NCBI GenBank assembly: GCA_013001045.1
Contig: JABDNG010000068.1
Coordinates: forward strand, 7,789 to 71,788
Direction of reading: 5' to 3'
Length of the DNA stretch: 64,000 nucleotides
Source of the DNA: Woeseiaceae bacterium
Lineage (GTDB): Bacteria > Pseudomonadota > Gammaproteobacteria > Steroidobacterales > Woeseiaceae
Shown here: positions 1 to 10,094 of the stretch, in pieces
Numbering within the stretch: the first letter of the stretch is position 1
Layout: every line of letters begins with the position of its first letter
Made by a program: the position numbers and the translations under genes
The notes under the pieces: generated by a model
Seen by the model: the letters and a program-made list of their open reading frames with translations, nothing else
Database searches by the model: none
What the model was told of the DNA's origin: nothing

Positions 1-753
1 ATACCGGCATGGCTGCGCGACCTCGGCGCTTTACACGGCCAACGCGAAGCGGCTGTGATTGCGACGCATATTTCGAGAAGTGCTCCCGTCAAGTTCGTCG
101 TTACGGCCGATCGTGTCTTCGGTGTCGACGAGGACGAAGCGTCGTCGACAATGCTTGCCGGCGCTCGAGCCGTACTCAGCGGTAGCCGCAAGCCGCACAG
201 GGATGTGCAGGATTTCTTCGAGCCTGTCGTCATGCCAGACCTGAATATTGCGGTATTCGGCGCGGGGCACGTTGGCACGGCCGTCGTCGATGCGCTTTGG
301 AATCTCGACTGCAATATTCGCTGGATTGACAGCCGGCGCAACGTTTTTCGAAAAGTGCCGCGTAATGTGCGCACGATCGAGACGCCGGACCCCGCGCTCG
401 AAGTTGCTGCCATGCCGTCCGGCAGTTTTTACCTTGTCATGACGCACAGCCACGCGCTGGACTTCGATGTTTGCGATCGCATTCTGCGCCGCAACGACGC
501 AAGCTACTGCGGCTTGATCGGCTCTGTGTCGAAGCGGCGTCGATTCGAAAAACGATTTCGGCAGCAAGGCTTGTCCGAAGCACTGATCGACACGCTGGTC
601 TGCCCGATCGGTGTTGCCGGAATCAGCGGCAAGAAACCGGCCGAGATCGCCGTGGCGGTCGCCGCCGAAATACTCAAGGTGAAGGATGAGGCGGCGCAGG
701 CGTCGGCATACCCTGAAAACGTCCACCCGTTGCCCAGCGGTAAACGCCGTTAA
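1..753 (+). CDS. xdhC: Xanthine dehydrogenase accessory protein XdhC (5'-truncated by window edge)
   Basis: Frame is open from position 1. Motifs VFGAGHVG, VMTHSHALD, GLIGS and CPIG..GK.PAEIA; purine catabolism context. Confidence 0.9.
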   Translation: MPAWLRDLGALHGQREAAVIATHISRSAPVKFVVTADRVFGVDEDEASSTMLAGARAVLSGSRKPHRDVQDFFEPVVMPDLNIAVFGAGHVGTAVVDALWNLDCNIRWIDSRRNVFRKVPRNVRTIETPDPALEVAAMPSGSFYLVMTHSHALDFDVCDRILRRNDASYCGLIGSVSKRRRFEKRFRQQGLSEALIDTLVCPIGVAGISGKKPAEIAVAVAAEILKVKDEAAQASAYPENVHPLPSGKRR

Positions 754-754
754 C

Positions 755-1933
755 ATGGAAGCCTATATCGCCGATTGGTTGAATCTGCTTCTCCGCTGGC
801 TTCATGGCATCACCGGCATCGCCTGGATTGGCGCTTCGTTCTATTTCATCTGGTTGGACAATCACCTCGAAACGCCACAGGAGCCGGACAGTGACGCGAA
901 GGGCGTCGGCGGTGAACTCTGGTCCGTGCACGGCGGCGGGTTTTATCACGCCCAGAAGTATCGTGTTGCACCGCCCTCGATCCCAGAGACCCTGCATTGG
1001 TTCAAGTGGGAGGCTTACACGACCTGGCTTTCCGGCATGGCCATGCTGGTCCTTGTCTACTGGTACGGGGCCCAGGTCTACCTGATCGATCCGGCAGTTG
1101 CCGACCTGTCGGTCGCCGCGGCGGTGGCTATTGCCGCCTCTTTCATCATTGGTGGGTGGGTGGTTTACGATCTTCTGTGCAAATCGCCGCTGGCACGTGA
1201 TACGCGAGTGTTTGCGATCATCTTGCTGGCACTGAGCGGCGTGCTCGCCTGGAGCCTGTGTCAGCTCTTTGGCGGTCGCGGCGCGTACATTCATTTCGGA
1301 GCCGTTCTCGGCACAATCATGGTCGCGAATGTGTTCTTCGTGATCATTCCGGGTCAGAATAAGATGGTCACAGCGGCCACGCGGGGCGAGGCTCCGGATC
1401 CTGCGCCCGGTATACGTGCAAAGCAGCGCTCTGTTCACAACACCTATTTCACGTTGCCGGTACTGTTCGTGATGACCAGCAATCACTACGCGATGACCTA
1501 CGGGCACGCGTACAACTGGGTCATCCTGATCGGTATTTCACTGGCCGGCGCGTTGATTCGAATCTATTTCGTCGAGCGCCACAAGGGGCGGGCCTCCGTG
1601 CTGCCCATCATTGTCGCCGTACTGATACTGGCCGCGATTGCCGCGGCGATCGTTCCGCGTACGACGGCGACCGATGGTGTGGCCACGACCTTCGATCAAG
1701 TCCGCAATGTCGTGAACGCACGCTGCACGACCTGCCATGCCGATTCGCCAACGCATCCCGCGTTTCCGGCGGCCGCGATGGGCGTTGTGCTGGATACGGA
1801 TGAGCGCATACTGGCGGAAGCTGCGCGCATCCACCAACAGGCGGTCGTGACGCGCGTCATGCCGATCGGTAATCTGACGGCGATGACCGACGACGAACGG
1901 CGGATCATCGATCAATGGTACAAAGGGCTATAG
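755..1933 (+). CDS. puuD: Urate hydroxylase PuuD (membrane protein with C-terminal cytochrome c)
   Basis: WLNLLLRWLHGITGIAWIGASFYF, HWFKWEAY and RSVHNTYFTLPV motifs; CTTCH heme motif; ATG at 755. Confidence 0.9.
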   Translation: MEAYIADWLNLLLRWLHGITGIAWIGASFYFIWLDNHLETPQEPDSDAKGVGGELWSVHGGGFYHAQKYRVAPPSIPETLHWFKWEAYTTWLSGMAMLVLVYWYGAQVYLIDPAVADLSVAAAVAIAASFIIGGWVVYDLLCKSPLARDTRVFAIILLALSGVLAWSLCQLFGGRGAYIHFGAVLGTIMVANVFFVIIPGQNKMVTAATRGEAPDPAPGIRAKQRSVHNTYFTLPVLFVMTSNHYAMTYGHAYNWVILIGISLAGALIRIYFVERHKGRASVLPIIVAVLILAAIAAAIVPRTTATDGVATTFDQVRNVVNARCTTCHADSPTHPAFPAAAMGVVLDTDERILAEAARIHQQAVVTRVMPIGNLTAMTDDERRIIDQWYKGL

Positions 1934-1942
1934 GGCCAATCG

Positions 1943-2854
1943 ATGCCAGACACAGGCTACCCCAGAGACATGAGCGGTTACGGACAGCAACCTCCCGCGG
2001 CGAACTGGCCGCTGGAGGCACGCACCGTGGTGCAGTTCGTCATCAATTATGAAGAGGGTGGCGAAAATTGCGTGCTGCATGGCGACGCGGCGTCGGAAGC
2101 GTTTCTCTCCGAGATTGTCGGCGCTGAAGCGATACCGGGTCAGCGGCACATGAACATGGAATCCCTTTACGAATATGGTTCCAGGGCCGGATTCTGGCGA
2201 CTGCACCGCCTGTTTACAGAGCGCGAGATGCCGGTCACCGTGTTTGCCGTTGCTATGGCGCTCGAACGCAATCCCGAAGTCGCAGCGGCGATGACCCAGG
2301 CGGGCTGGGACATCGCGAGCCACGGTTATCGATGGATCGATTACCAGCACATCGACGAAGAAACGGAACGCCGACACCTGCGCCAGGCCATCGAAACGCA
2401 TGAACGAGTCTGCGGCGCGCGGCCTGCGGGCTGGTACCTGGGGCGCTGCAGCCCGAACAGTCATCGCATTGCTGCCGAGGAAGGCAATTTCATCTACAAC
2501 GCAGACAGCTATGCCGACGACTTGCCGTACTGGGATTACTCGTTCGACGTGCCGCAGCTGATGGTGCCTTATACGCTCGATGCGAATGATATGCGCTTCG
2601 TCACGCCGCAAGGATTCAACTCGGGGTCACAGTTTTATGACTATTTGAAAGATACGTTTGATGTATTGCATGCGGAGGGTGGTCGCATGATGTCCGTGGG
2701 TTTGCATTGCCGGCTTGCGGGGCGGCCCGGGCGGACAGCCGCGGTAGCACGATTTGTCGACTATGTGGCGTCGCACGATGATGCGTGGGTTGCAACCCGG
2801 CTCGATATTGCGAACCACTGGCGTGCATCTCACCCTGCAAGGGCCCGCGCATGA
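1943..2854 (+). CDS. puuE: Allantoinase PuuE (polysaccharide deacetylase fold)
   Basis: YPRDM.GYG, QFVINYEEGGE, ESLYEYGSRAGFWR and MMSVGLHCR motifs. Confidence 0.92.
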   Translation: MPDTGYPRDMSGYGQQPPAANWPLEARTVVQFVINYEEGGENCVLHGDAASEAFLSEIVGAEAIPGQRHMNMESLYEYGSRAGFWRLHRLFTEREMPVTVFAVAMALERNPEVAAAMTQAGWDIASHGYRWIDYQHIDEETERRHLRQAIETHERVCGARPAGWYLGRCSPNSHRIAAEEGNFIYNADSYADDLPYWDYSFDVPQLMVPYTLDANDMRFVTPQGFNSGSQFYDYLKDTFDVLHAEGGRMMSVGLHCRLAGRPGRTAAVARFVDYVASHDDAWVATRLDIANHWRASHPARARA

Positions 2855-3339
2855 TGGACACTCACGATTTCATCGCGCGTTACGCCGGGATCTACGAGCA
2901 TTCACCCTGGGTTGCCGAACGTGTGGCGCCATTCGCGAGCGATGTCGATAATGCCGGGCAGCTCGCCGCACTGATGGCGGATTGCGTCGACAACGCGGCG
3001 CCGGAAAAACAGCTCGAGCTGATCCAGGCGCATCCGGATCTCGCGGGAACAGCGCAAATTGCTGGCGAGTTGACCGCCGACTCGACCTTCGAACAGGAGA
3101 GCGCCGGGCTGGATCAATGCACGCCCGAAGAGTTCGAGCGATTTCAAGCACTCAACGCGGCTTACCGGGACAAGTTCAGTTTCCCGTTTGTCATGGCCGT
3201 TCGTGGCAGTCATCGCACGGAAATACTCGACGCATTCGCCGCGCGGCTGGAAAATAGCTACGACCTCGAGTTCGAGACGGCGCTCACCGAAATTCACAAA
3301 ATCGCCCGCCTTCGTCTCGACGCCATGGGAGCCGAATAA
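2851..3339 (+). CDS. uraD: OHCU decarboxylase
   Basis: YEHSPWVA, AHPDLAG, EQ..AGL, Y..KF.FPFV.AV and EI.KIA.LRL motifs. Confidence 0.9.
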   Translation: MMDTHDFIARYAGIYEHSPWVAERVAPFASDVDNAGQLAALMADCVDNAAPEKQLELIQAHPDLAGTAQIAGELTADSTFEQESAGLDQCTPEEFERFQALNAAYRDKFSFPFVMAVRGSHRTEILDAFAARLENSYDLEFETALTEIHKIARLRLDAMGAE

Positions 3340-4307
3340 TGACGCGATCGATCAGCAAATGGATACAGCTCGAACAACCGCGGCTTGGAACCCGGGTCAC
3401 GTACGCGACGGACGAGTTTTTTGGCGCCAAAGAACGAATCATCGACCCTGCCGATGCCGTTTTCATCGCGGACAAATATGACGACCACGGCAAATGGATG
3501 GATGGTTGGGAGAGCCGACGCCGCAGAGGTCCGGGACACGATTACTGCGTGATACGCCTGGGCGTGCCAGGCATCATTCACGGCTTCGATATCGACACGA
3601 GCCACTTCACCGGAAACTACCCGCCGCAGGCTGCGATAGAAGCATGTGCCAGCGCATTGGACACGCCGGAAGAGGGTTGGGTCGAATTGTTGCCGAAGAC
3701 AGACCTGTCCGGAAATACGCATAACTTTCTGGACGTCCGTAGCGAGCGGATCTGGAGCCATGTCCGGCTACACATCTACCCGGACGGCGGAATCGCTCGC
3801 CTCAGGATATTTGGTGAAATTCGCGCCGACTTTACTGATGTCGACGGTTACGTCGACCTGGCCGCGGTCGAACACGGCGGCCGTGCCATAGCCTGTAGCG
3901 ACGAGCACTATGGCAGCAGGCATAACCTTACGGCGCCCGGACGCGGCATCAACATGGGTGATGGCTGGGAGACGGCGCGTCGACGGGGTCCGGGCAACGA
4001 CTGGGTCATCATCGCGCTGGGTCAGCCGGGTGTTATCGAGCGCGCCGAGATCGATACGGCGCATTTCAAGGGCAATTATCCGGATCGAGTGTCGCTGGGA
4101 GGCGCCGTCTTCGAGAGCGACGAGCAGGCGCTGCTTGACGAAAACGCCTGGCGCACCTTGCTGCCGGAAGCGAAGCTCAAAATGGATCAACAGCATTATT
4201 TTGATGAGGTGTTGCTGCCAATCGGACCGGTGAGTCACGTGCGTATGTCCATCTATCCGGACGGCGGCGTCAGCCGCATTCGGCTGTTCGGTCAGGTCCA
4301 TGGCTGA
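3339..4307 (+). CDS. alc: Allantoicase
   Basis: Two repeated domains, each with DGWE..RRR, DT.HF.GN.P and YPDGG..R.R.FG. Confidence 0.93.
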   Translation: MTRSISKWIQLEQPRLGTRVTYATDEFFGAKERIIDPADAVFIADKYDDHGKWMDGWESRRRRGPGHDYCVIRLGVPGIIHGFDIDTSHFTGNYPPQAAIEACASALDTPEEGWVELLPKTDLSGNTHNFLDVRSERIWSHVRLHIYPDGGIARLRIFGEIRADFTDVDGYVDLAAVEHGGRAIACSDEHYGSRHNLTAPGRGINMGDGWETARRRGPGNDWVIIALGQPGVIERAEIDTAHFKGNYPDRVSLGGAVFESDEQALLDENAWRTLLPEAKLKMDQQHYFDEVLLPIGPVSHVRMSIYPDGGVSRIRLFGQVHG

Positions 4308-4809
4308 CCGCACCGCGATCTCGCTTGAACCCGAACCGCTGACGGCCGAGCGGTTTGCGCCTTACGGCGATGTAATAGAGGCGGCGGTCAACCCGTCAGG
4401 GGCGATGAATGCCGCACGGTTTGAGCGGTTCGACGATCTTTGCGCCGTCGACATAGCGAAAGGCGGCCATCTGTCGATGAGTGTCGCGCGTTGCCGAACG
4501 CCGACGGCGTTGCCGTTGCGCATCGATACCGTTGAGCGACATCCACTCGGCAGCCAGGCATTTGTTCCGCTGCAGCGCTGCAGGATGGTTATCGTCGTCG
4601 CGCCGCCAGGGGAATCGCTCGATGCCGGCGACCTGCGGGCTTTCGTCACTAACGGCAAGCAGGGCTTCAATTACCATCGCGGCACCTGGCATATGCCACT
4701 CATTGCATTCGAAGCGGGGCAGGAATTTCTGGTCGTGGATCGTGGCGGTAGTGAACCTAACTGCGAGGAATACACGCTCGATGACGTCGTCATGCTGGAA
4801 GCGGTCTGA
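4300..4809 (+). CDS. allA: Ureidoglycolate lyase
   Basis: EPLT...FAPYGDVI, ERHPLGSQAF and NYHRGTWH motifs. Confidence 0.9.
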   Translation: MADRTAISLEPEPLTAERFAPYGDVIEAAVNPSGAMNAARFERFDDLCAVDIAKGGHLSMSVARCRTPTALPLRIDTVERHPLGSQAFVPLQRCRMVIVVAPPGESLDAGDLRAFVTNGKQGFNYHRGTWHMPLIAFEAGQEFLVVDRGGSEPNCEEYTLDDVVMLEAV

Positions 4810-4814
4810 ACTTC

Positions 4815-6128
4815 ATGCGACAGGCCTTTCGTTCTTCGATTCTGCACTGCCTCTCGGATCCGGGCGAAGCATCACAACGATCGGCTTACGAATACTTCGA
4901 AGACGGCCTGCTCATCGTCGACAACGGCACGGTTGCTCAGGCGGGTAGCGCGGAATCGTTACTGCCGGGTCTGGCCGAAGATGTGTTGCTTACGGAGCTG
5001 CCCGGCAAGCTGATCGTGCCGGGGTTCATAGATTGTCACGTGCATTTCCCACAGCTTGACATCATCGCGTCCTATGGCGAGCAACTGCTTGACTGGCTGC
5101 ATCGCTATGCATACCCGGTCGAGGCGCGCTTCAGCGACCCGGACTACGCACATGAGGTGGCAACCGTCTTCGTTGACGAGCTGTTGAACAACGGCACGAC
5201 GACGGCACTGGTATTCGGCACCGTCCATCCGCATTCAGCCGATGCGATTTTCGAGGCCGCCGCGGCGCGAGACATGCGCCTGATCGCGGGCAAAGTCCTG
5301 ATGGACTGCAATTGTCCGGACGAACTCAAGGACGATGCGGACTCGGCTTATGCCGACAGCAAGGCGTTAATCGAACGCTGGCATGGCCAGGGCCGGCTGG
5401 GCTATGCCATTACGCCGCGCTTTGCGTTGACGTCAACAGATGCGCAACTTGCGGCCGCCGGGAAACTCGCTCGCGAATACCCTGAAGTGTGGATTCACAC
5501 ACACCTGGCCGAGAATACGGTGGAGGTTGAACAGATCGCGAGGCAGTTCCCGAGCAGTAGAAGTTATCTCGATGTTTACGATCAGTTCGGGCTGCTGCGC
5601 GAACGTTCGGTCTTTGCACATTGTCTGCATATGGATGACAGGGATCGGGACTGCATGGCAAGCAAAGGCGGCGCTGCGGCATTTTGTCCAACCTCCAACC
5701 TGTTCCTGGGCAGCGGCCTGTTGGATTTGTCGGCGATGCGCGCGGCCAACGTGAGGTGCGGGCTGGGTACGGACGTCGGCGGTGGAACGAGCCTGTCGTT
5801 GCTCAAGACTGCAAGCGACGCTTACAAAGTTTTGCATTTGCAGGATCATGCGCTGCCGGCAACCCGGGCACTGTACCTCGCGACCCTGGGCGCAGCCGAG
5901 GCGCTGTATCTCGAGGATAAGGTCGGCAATTTCCTGCCTGGGAAGGAAGCGGATTTTGTCGTGCTCGATCCCGAGGGTTCGCGACTGACGGCGCGCCGTA
6001 CATCTGCCGCGGAGACGATCGAGGAGGCACTGTTTGCATTGATAACACTGGCCGACGATCGGCATATCGCCGCAACTTTCGTCCGCGGCACCGCGCAAAA
6101 ATCAAGCTCGTTTGCTTATGTAAAATAG
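4815..6128 (+). CDS. guaD: Guanine deaminase
   Basis: PGFIDCHVHFPQ, YAITPRFA, HTHLAEN, CPTSNLFLGSG and GTDVGGGTS motifs. Confidence 0.93.
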   Translation: MRQAFRSSILHCLSDPGEASQRSAYEYFEDGLLIVDNGTVAQAGSAESLLPGLAEDVLLTELPGKLIVPGFIDCHVHFPQLDIIASYGEQLLDWLHRYAYPVEARFSDPDYAHEVATVFVDELLNNGTTTALVFGTVHPHSADAIFEAAAARDMRLIAGKVLMDCNCPDELKDDADSAYADSKALIERWHGQGRLGYAITPRFALTSTDAQLAAAGKLAREYPEVWIHTHLAENTVEVEQIARQFPSSRSYLDVYDQFGLLRERSVFAHCLHMDDRDRDCMASKGGAAAFCPTSNLFLGSGLLDLSAMRAANVRCGLGTDVGGGTSLSLLKTASDAYKVLHLQDHALPATRALYLATLGAAEALYLEDKVGNFLPGKEADFVVLDPEGSRLTARRTSAAETIEEALFALITLADDRHIAATFVRGTAQKSSSFAYVK

Positions 6129-6224
6129 CCGCACTGAGCGACAGGTTTAAGCTTAAAGGTCCATTTTTCCCAATACTTGGTTTTTCATGGTGCAGGCCTT
6201 TGAGACCCCCTATATTTCCCGGCC

Positions 6225-7049
6225 ATGTGGGAAAAAAAGAATAACAAGCTCAACAAGGTCTTCCTCGCACTGCTCCAATCTCTCGCCCGGCTATTCCTGC
6301 GTAATGGCCGGGGCTATCGCGAATTCTCGGAGCTTTCGAAAGCTGCCTTTGTCACCGTTGCCGCCGAAGACTACGGCGTGCACGGTCGACCGACGAATGT
6401 GTCGCGAATAGCTTCGATGACCGGGCTCACGCGCAAGGAAATAAGCCGAATCCGAAAACGGGTTACCAATGGCAATGCGGCCGTCACCGTGCGTGGTACA
6501 CCGATAACGGAAGTGGTTGCGGCGTGGCGGTCATGTCCGGAGTTTCTGGATGAGAGCGGTGAATCCAGGGCGCTGCCGTTGGGTGGAAACCATGGCTCAT
6601 TCAAGGCACTCGTCAAGCAGTATGCCGGCGATATTCCGGAGGGTGCCCTGCGCAAGGAGCTGCAGCGCATTGGTACTGCCGAAGTCCGCGATGACACAGT
6701 GCACCTGTGTCCTGAATCGCCGGTAAAAGAAAAGCTCGAAGCAGAAATCGCAATGCAGTTACAAGCGGGTCCGCATGCGCTGCTCGCGGCGCTCGCTCGT
6801 AATGGGTCGGCGCATATGAGCGGCGACAATTGGCCGCTGGCGACAGTCAGTCAAAAATCGGTTCGCAAATCCGACCTGTGCCGCGTACGTAAGCTTGCGG
6901 CAGCGCGGCTACGGGCGGCAACAAGCAACATTGCGGAATTGCTGGACGCGTATGCCGTACCGCCTGACGGTAAAGGTGTCGATGAACCGGTGATCGAGGT
7001 ATCTGCCGGCGTCTACTACGCCGAGGGGCCGGCCGTCACAGACGAGTAA
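6225..7049 (+). CDS. DUF6502-like protein (putative N-terminal helix-turn-helix)
   Basis: LARLFLRNG...EFSEL.K.AFV.VA, SRIA.MTGLTRKEI.R and SF..LV..Y.GDIP pattern, recalled as DUF6502. Confidence 0.65.
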   Translation: MWEKKNNKLNKVFLALLQSLARLFLRNGRGYREFSELSKAAFVTVAAEDYGVHGRPTNVSRIASMTGLTRKEISRIRKRVTNGNAAVTVRGTPITEVVAAWRSCPEFLDESGESRALPLGGNHGSFKALVKQYAGDIPEGALRKELQRIGTAEVRDDTVHLCPESPVKEKLEAEIAMQLQAGPHALLAALARNGSAHMSGDNWPLATVSQKSVRKSDLCRVRKLAAARLRAATSNIAELLDAYAVPPDGKGVDEPVIEVSAGVYYAEGPAVTDE

Positions 7050-7055
7050 GCAGCG

Positions 7056-7493
7056 TCAGTCCGTGATTTGTAGGGTCGTCTGCAGATGTGACGTCGCTTT
7101 CATCGAGTTAGTGATAAGGCAATTGCGTTCGGCTTTCTCCAGTAAGCCTTGCGCTTTCTTCTCATCAGTGCCCGCGGGCACCGTTAACTCGACCCGCAGG
7201 TTGAATGCGGTGAACTGTGTTGCGCGTTCGACTTTTTCAAGTGTGCCAGAAACGTCGCAACTCAATGACGCCCAGTCAAACCGTGAAGCGCGTGCGATCG
7301 CGCGAAACGTCAGGATGAAGCAGTTGGCGACGGCGCCGACGAGCAAGGTCTCCGGAGACCAGACGTCGCCAGGTCCGCCAAACTCGGGCGGGCCGGCTGT
7401 GTCGAGGCTTTCGAGGCCCATGCTCGATAGCACGACGAGACTTTCGGCGTTCGCGTTCGCTGACACTTTGTAGTGATGGGGGAGATCTTGCAT
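7056..7493 (-). CDS. OsmC family protein
   Basis: PPEFGG....WSPE.LL..A...C and AE..CLI.NS, with two conserved Cys. Confidence 0.85.
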   Translation of the reverse strand: MQDLPHHYKVSANANAESLVVLSSMGLESLDTAGPPEFGGPGDVWSPETLLVGAVANCFILTFRAIARASRFDWASLSCDVSGTLEKVERATQFTAFNLRVELTVPAGTDEKKAQGLLEKAERNCLITNSMKATSHLQTTLQITD

Positions 7494-7582
7494 GGCTGCT
7501 CCGGGGCAAGCTAACGAATACAGCATGATTTAGGTCGTCGCGGAAGAAAACAAGCTTCGGAAAACCGAAACGGCCGGCCGGA

Positions 7583-8827
7583 TCAGGCGTCGATAAAGAT
7601 CGCCCGAAAGTCGTTGACGTTGGTGCGTGTCGGTCCGGTGAAAACCAGGGCATCCAGTTCATCGAAAAAACGATAGCTGTCGTTATTGGCTTGCAGTTGC
7701 TTCGCATCGATTCCCTGTGCGCGCGCGCGTGCGAGCATGCCGGGCAAGACGACACTGCCCGCGTTGTCGCCAGCGCCGTCGATACCGTCCGTGTCGCAGG
7801 CGAGTGCCGACACCGCGGGATGGCCGTCAAGCACAATCGCGAGCGAAAGGGCGTATTCCCCGTTGCGGCCGCCACGACCGTTCCCGGTCACGCGGACCGT
7901 CGTCTCGCCACCGGACAGAATGACGCAAGGCGCCTCAACGGGCCCATTCCCGGTGGCTATTGCGATGGCAAGGCGCGCATGTTCCTCGGCCAGCATGCGT
8001 GCGTCGCCGTTGAGATCACCGAGAAGGTAGGGCGTGACGCCCAGTCCGATGGCCTTTGCGGCCGCCGCCTGGAGCGCGTCGTCACTGGTAGCGAGAACGT
8101 GCACGTCGCCTGTGGCGGAATTGGCGGGCGGGTCCTTGGCGGCTCGCATTGCCGTGATTACCTCATCGCTGACGTCGATCTCGTAATGGGAAAGCACAGA
8201 CAGGGCGTCCGATACTGTTGACGTGTCCGCAATGGTCGGACCGGACGCTACGATCGATACATCGTTACCCGGTACATCAGAAATAAGCAGTGTGATGATG
8301 GTGGCTGGTGCGCAAGCGGCAGCCAGCTTACCGCCTTTGATACCGGACATTTTTTTGCGCACCGTATTAATTTCCCGGATGGAAGCGCCGCAATGCAACA
8401 GTTGTGACGTGATTTGCTGCTTGTCCGTCAAAGAAATGCCGGCCAGCGGCAATGTCAGCAACGAGGAGCCTCCTCCGGACAGTAGGCAAACGACCGTGTC
8501 TCCTGTGGCCAGTCCCGAGCAATGCGTGAGCAAGGTTTTTGTTGCATCGACATTCGGCTCCTCCGGGATCGGATGTGAGCCTTCCATGACGTCGACCTGT
8601 TGGCAGGCTACGCCGTGTCCGCGCGGCACGATTACCGCACCGCGTAATGGCCCAGGCCAGCGCCGCTCGAGTTCGAACGCCATACTGGCAGCGGCCTTGC
8701 CGGCACCGACGATGACGATGTCGCCTGCGGGGCGCCCGGGCAGCCAGGTCGACATGCATTGCGCTGGGGTCGCCGCTTCAACCGCGACCTCGAACAAAGA
8801 ACGCAATAGCGCTTTGCTATCAGGCAT
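7583..8827 (-). CDS. Glycerate 2-kinase (MOFRL/TtuD family)
   Basis: GAGKAAA.MA, LSGGGSSL, SGGETTV, GRGGRN.E, DTDGIDG and TGPT.TNVND motifs. Confidence 0.88.
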   Translation of the reverse strand: MPDSKALLRSLFEVAVEAATPAQCMSTWLPGRPAGDIVIVGAGKAAASMAFELERRWPGPLRGAVIVPRGHGVACQQVDVMEGSHPIPEEPNVDATKTLLTHCSGLATGDTVVCLLSGGGSSLLTLPLAGISLTDKQQITSQLLHCGASIREINTVRKKMSGIKGGKLAAACAPATIITLLISDVPGNDVSIVASGPTIADTSTVSDALSVLSHYEIDVSDEVITAMRAAKDPPANSATGDVHVLATSDDALQAAAAKAIGLGVTPYLLGDLNGDARMLAEEHARLAIAIATGNGPVEAPCVILSGGETTVRVTGNGRGGRNGEYALSLAIVLDGHPAVSALACDTDGIDGAGDNAGSVVLPGMLARARAQGIDAKQLQANNDSYRFFDELDALVFTGPTRTNVNDFRAIFIDA

Positions 8828-9429
8828 CAGGTTGTGGCGTTGTTATCCACTTCCACATGCGGAGCAAGCCGATCCAGCAGGTCGGCCATTTCCGGGCGAT
8901 TGCTGCGCAGTTCTTCGATAGAAAAGCCGGACAGTTCGTAAGGAAGGACGAGCCAGTCATCCGTCTGGTGCACGAAATAGTCCGGCGTGCGCAGCGTCTT
9001 CTCCGTCGGCCGATACCAGACAGAGGCCGTACGGATGTCATGCGGCAGATTACGCCGCGTTCTTTTCGCCAGCTGGTTGATAACTGCAGTCACGCTGGAG
9101 CCCGTGCTGTAGACATCGTCGACGATGAGCAGGGAGTGGTGGGAGCAAAGCGTCTCCAGAAGATATTGCATGCCGTGGACGCGGATAGAGTCGGCTGTAT
9201 TGACCATTTGCGCATACCGCGCGGCGCCCGTGTAGGACGTGCGAATGGCGATATGGTCGGTCTCGACGCCGAAGTAATCGAGCCCTTCCTGCACGGCGAT
9301 GCCCACTGCGCTGCCGCCGCGCCACAGCCCGACAAGAAAATCGGGCTTGAAGCCGGCCTCGTATATGTTCGCTGCCAGTCGAAACGAATCCCGAAGCAAG
9401 TCGTCGGCTGCTATGAATCGCTCGTTCAT
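8827..9429 (-). CDS. Type I phosphoribosyltransferase (purine PRT-like), paralogue 1
   Basis: WRGG loop, PRPP-binding motif LLIVDDVYSTGSS, WLVLPYE. Confidence 0.85.
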   Translation of the reverse strand: MNERFIAADDLLRDSFRLAANIYEAGFKPDFLVGLWRGGSAVGIAVQEGLDYFGVETDHIAIRTSYTGAARYAQMVNTADSIRVHGMQYLLETLCSHHSLLIVDDVYSTGSSVTAVINQLAKRTRRNLPHDIRTASVWYRPTEKTLRTPDYFVHQTDDWLVLPYELSGFSIEELRSNRPEMADLLDRLAPHVEVDNNATT

Positions 9430-9514
9430 AATCCTTGTTCCCGGGCCGCACTGCGCTAGAATTGAGGACCAGCATTATACCGACTGCCGCAAGTCCGCAT
9501 CCAAGAGAATAATA

Positions 9515-10087
9515 ATGGACAAGACCGTTCTATCTGCCCAGGACCTCCTCGAGGACTCAATTGAACTCGGCATCAAGATCCTCGAAAGCGGCTTCAAACC
9601 GACCATGATTATTGCAATTTGGCGCGGCGGCACCCCCGTAGGCATGGCCGTGCAGGAAGTCCTGAGCTACTGTGGCATCGAGTCTGACCATATCGCCATT
9701 CGCACCTCCTCCTATGTCGGGGTTGACGAGCGCGGCGCTGTCGCGGTTCACGGACTCAATTACATCATCAAGAAGATCTGCCATGACGACCGCGTCCTGA
9801 TCGTCGATGACGTTTTCGATACGGGCAATACGATCGCCGCGGTCATCAGTGAGTTGTCGAGGCGCGCGCGCGGCAACACGCCGGAAGATATCCGGATTGC
9901 CGTGCCGTGGTTCAAGCCCAGTCGCAACGAGACCAAATTGATTCCAGACTATTTCCTGCGGGAGACGGCGGAGTGGCTGGTGTTTCCACATGAACTGGAT
10001 GCCTTGACGCCTGAAGAGTTGCGTGAACGCCGGCCAGAAATTGCAAAGATCGTGCAAAACGTAAAGTCAGAAGCGATCTCGGCCTGA
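9515..10087 (+). CDS. Type I phosphoribosyltransferase (purine PRT-like), paralogue 2
   Basis: WRGG loop, VLIVDDVFDTGNT, WLVFPHE; ATG at 9515. Confidence 0.85.
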   Translation: MDKTVLSAQDLLEDSIELGIKILESGFKPTMIIAIWRGGTPVGMAVQEVLSYCGIESDHIAIRTSSYVGVDERGAVAVHGLNYIIKKICHDDRVLIVDDVFDTGNTIAAVISELSRRARGNTPEDIRIAVPWFKPSRNETKLIPDYFLRETAEWLVFPHELDALTPEELRERRPEIAKIVQNVKSEAISA

Positions 10088-10094
10088 GTTCACG

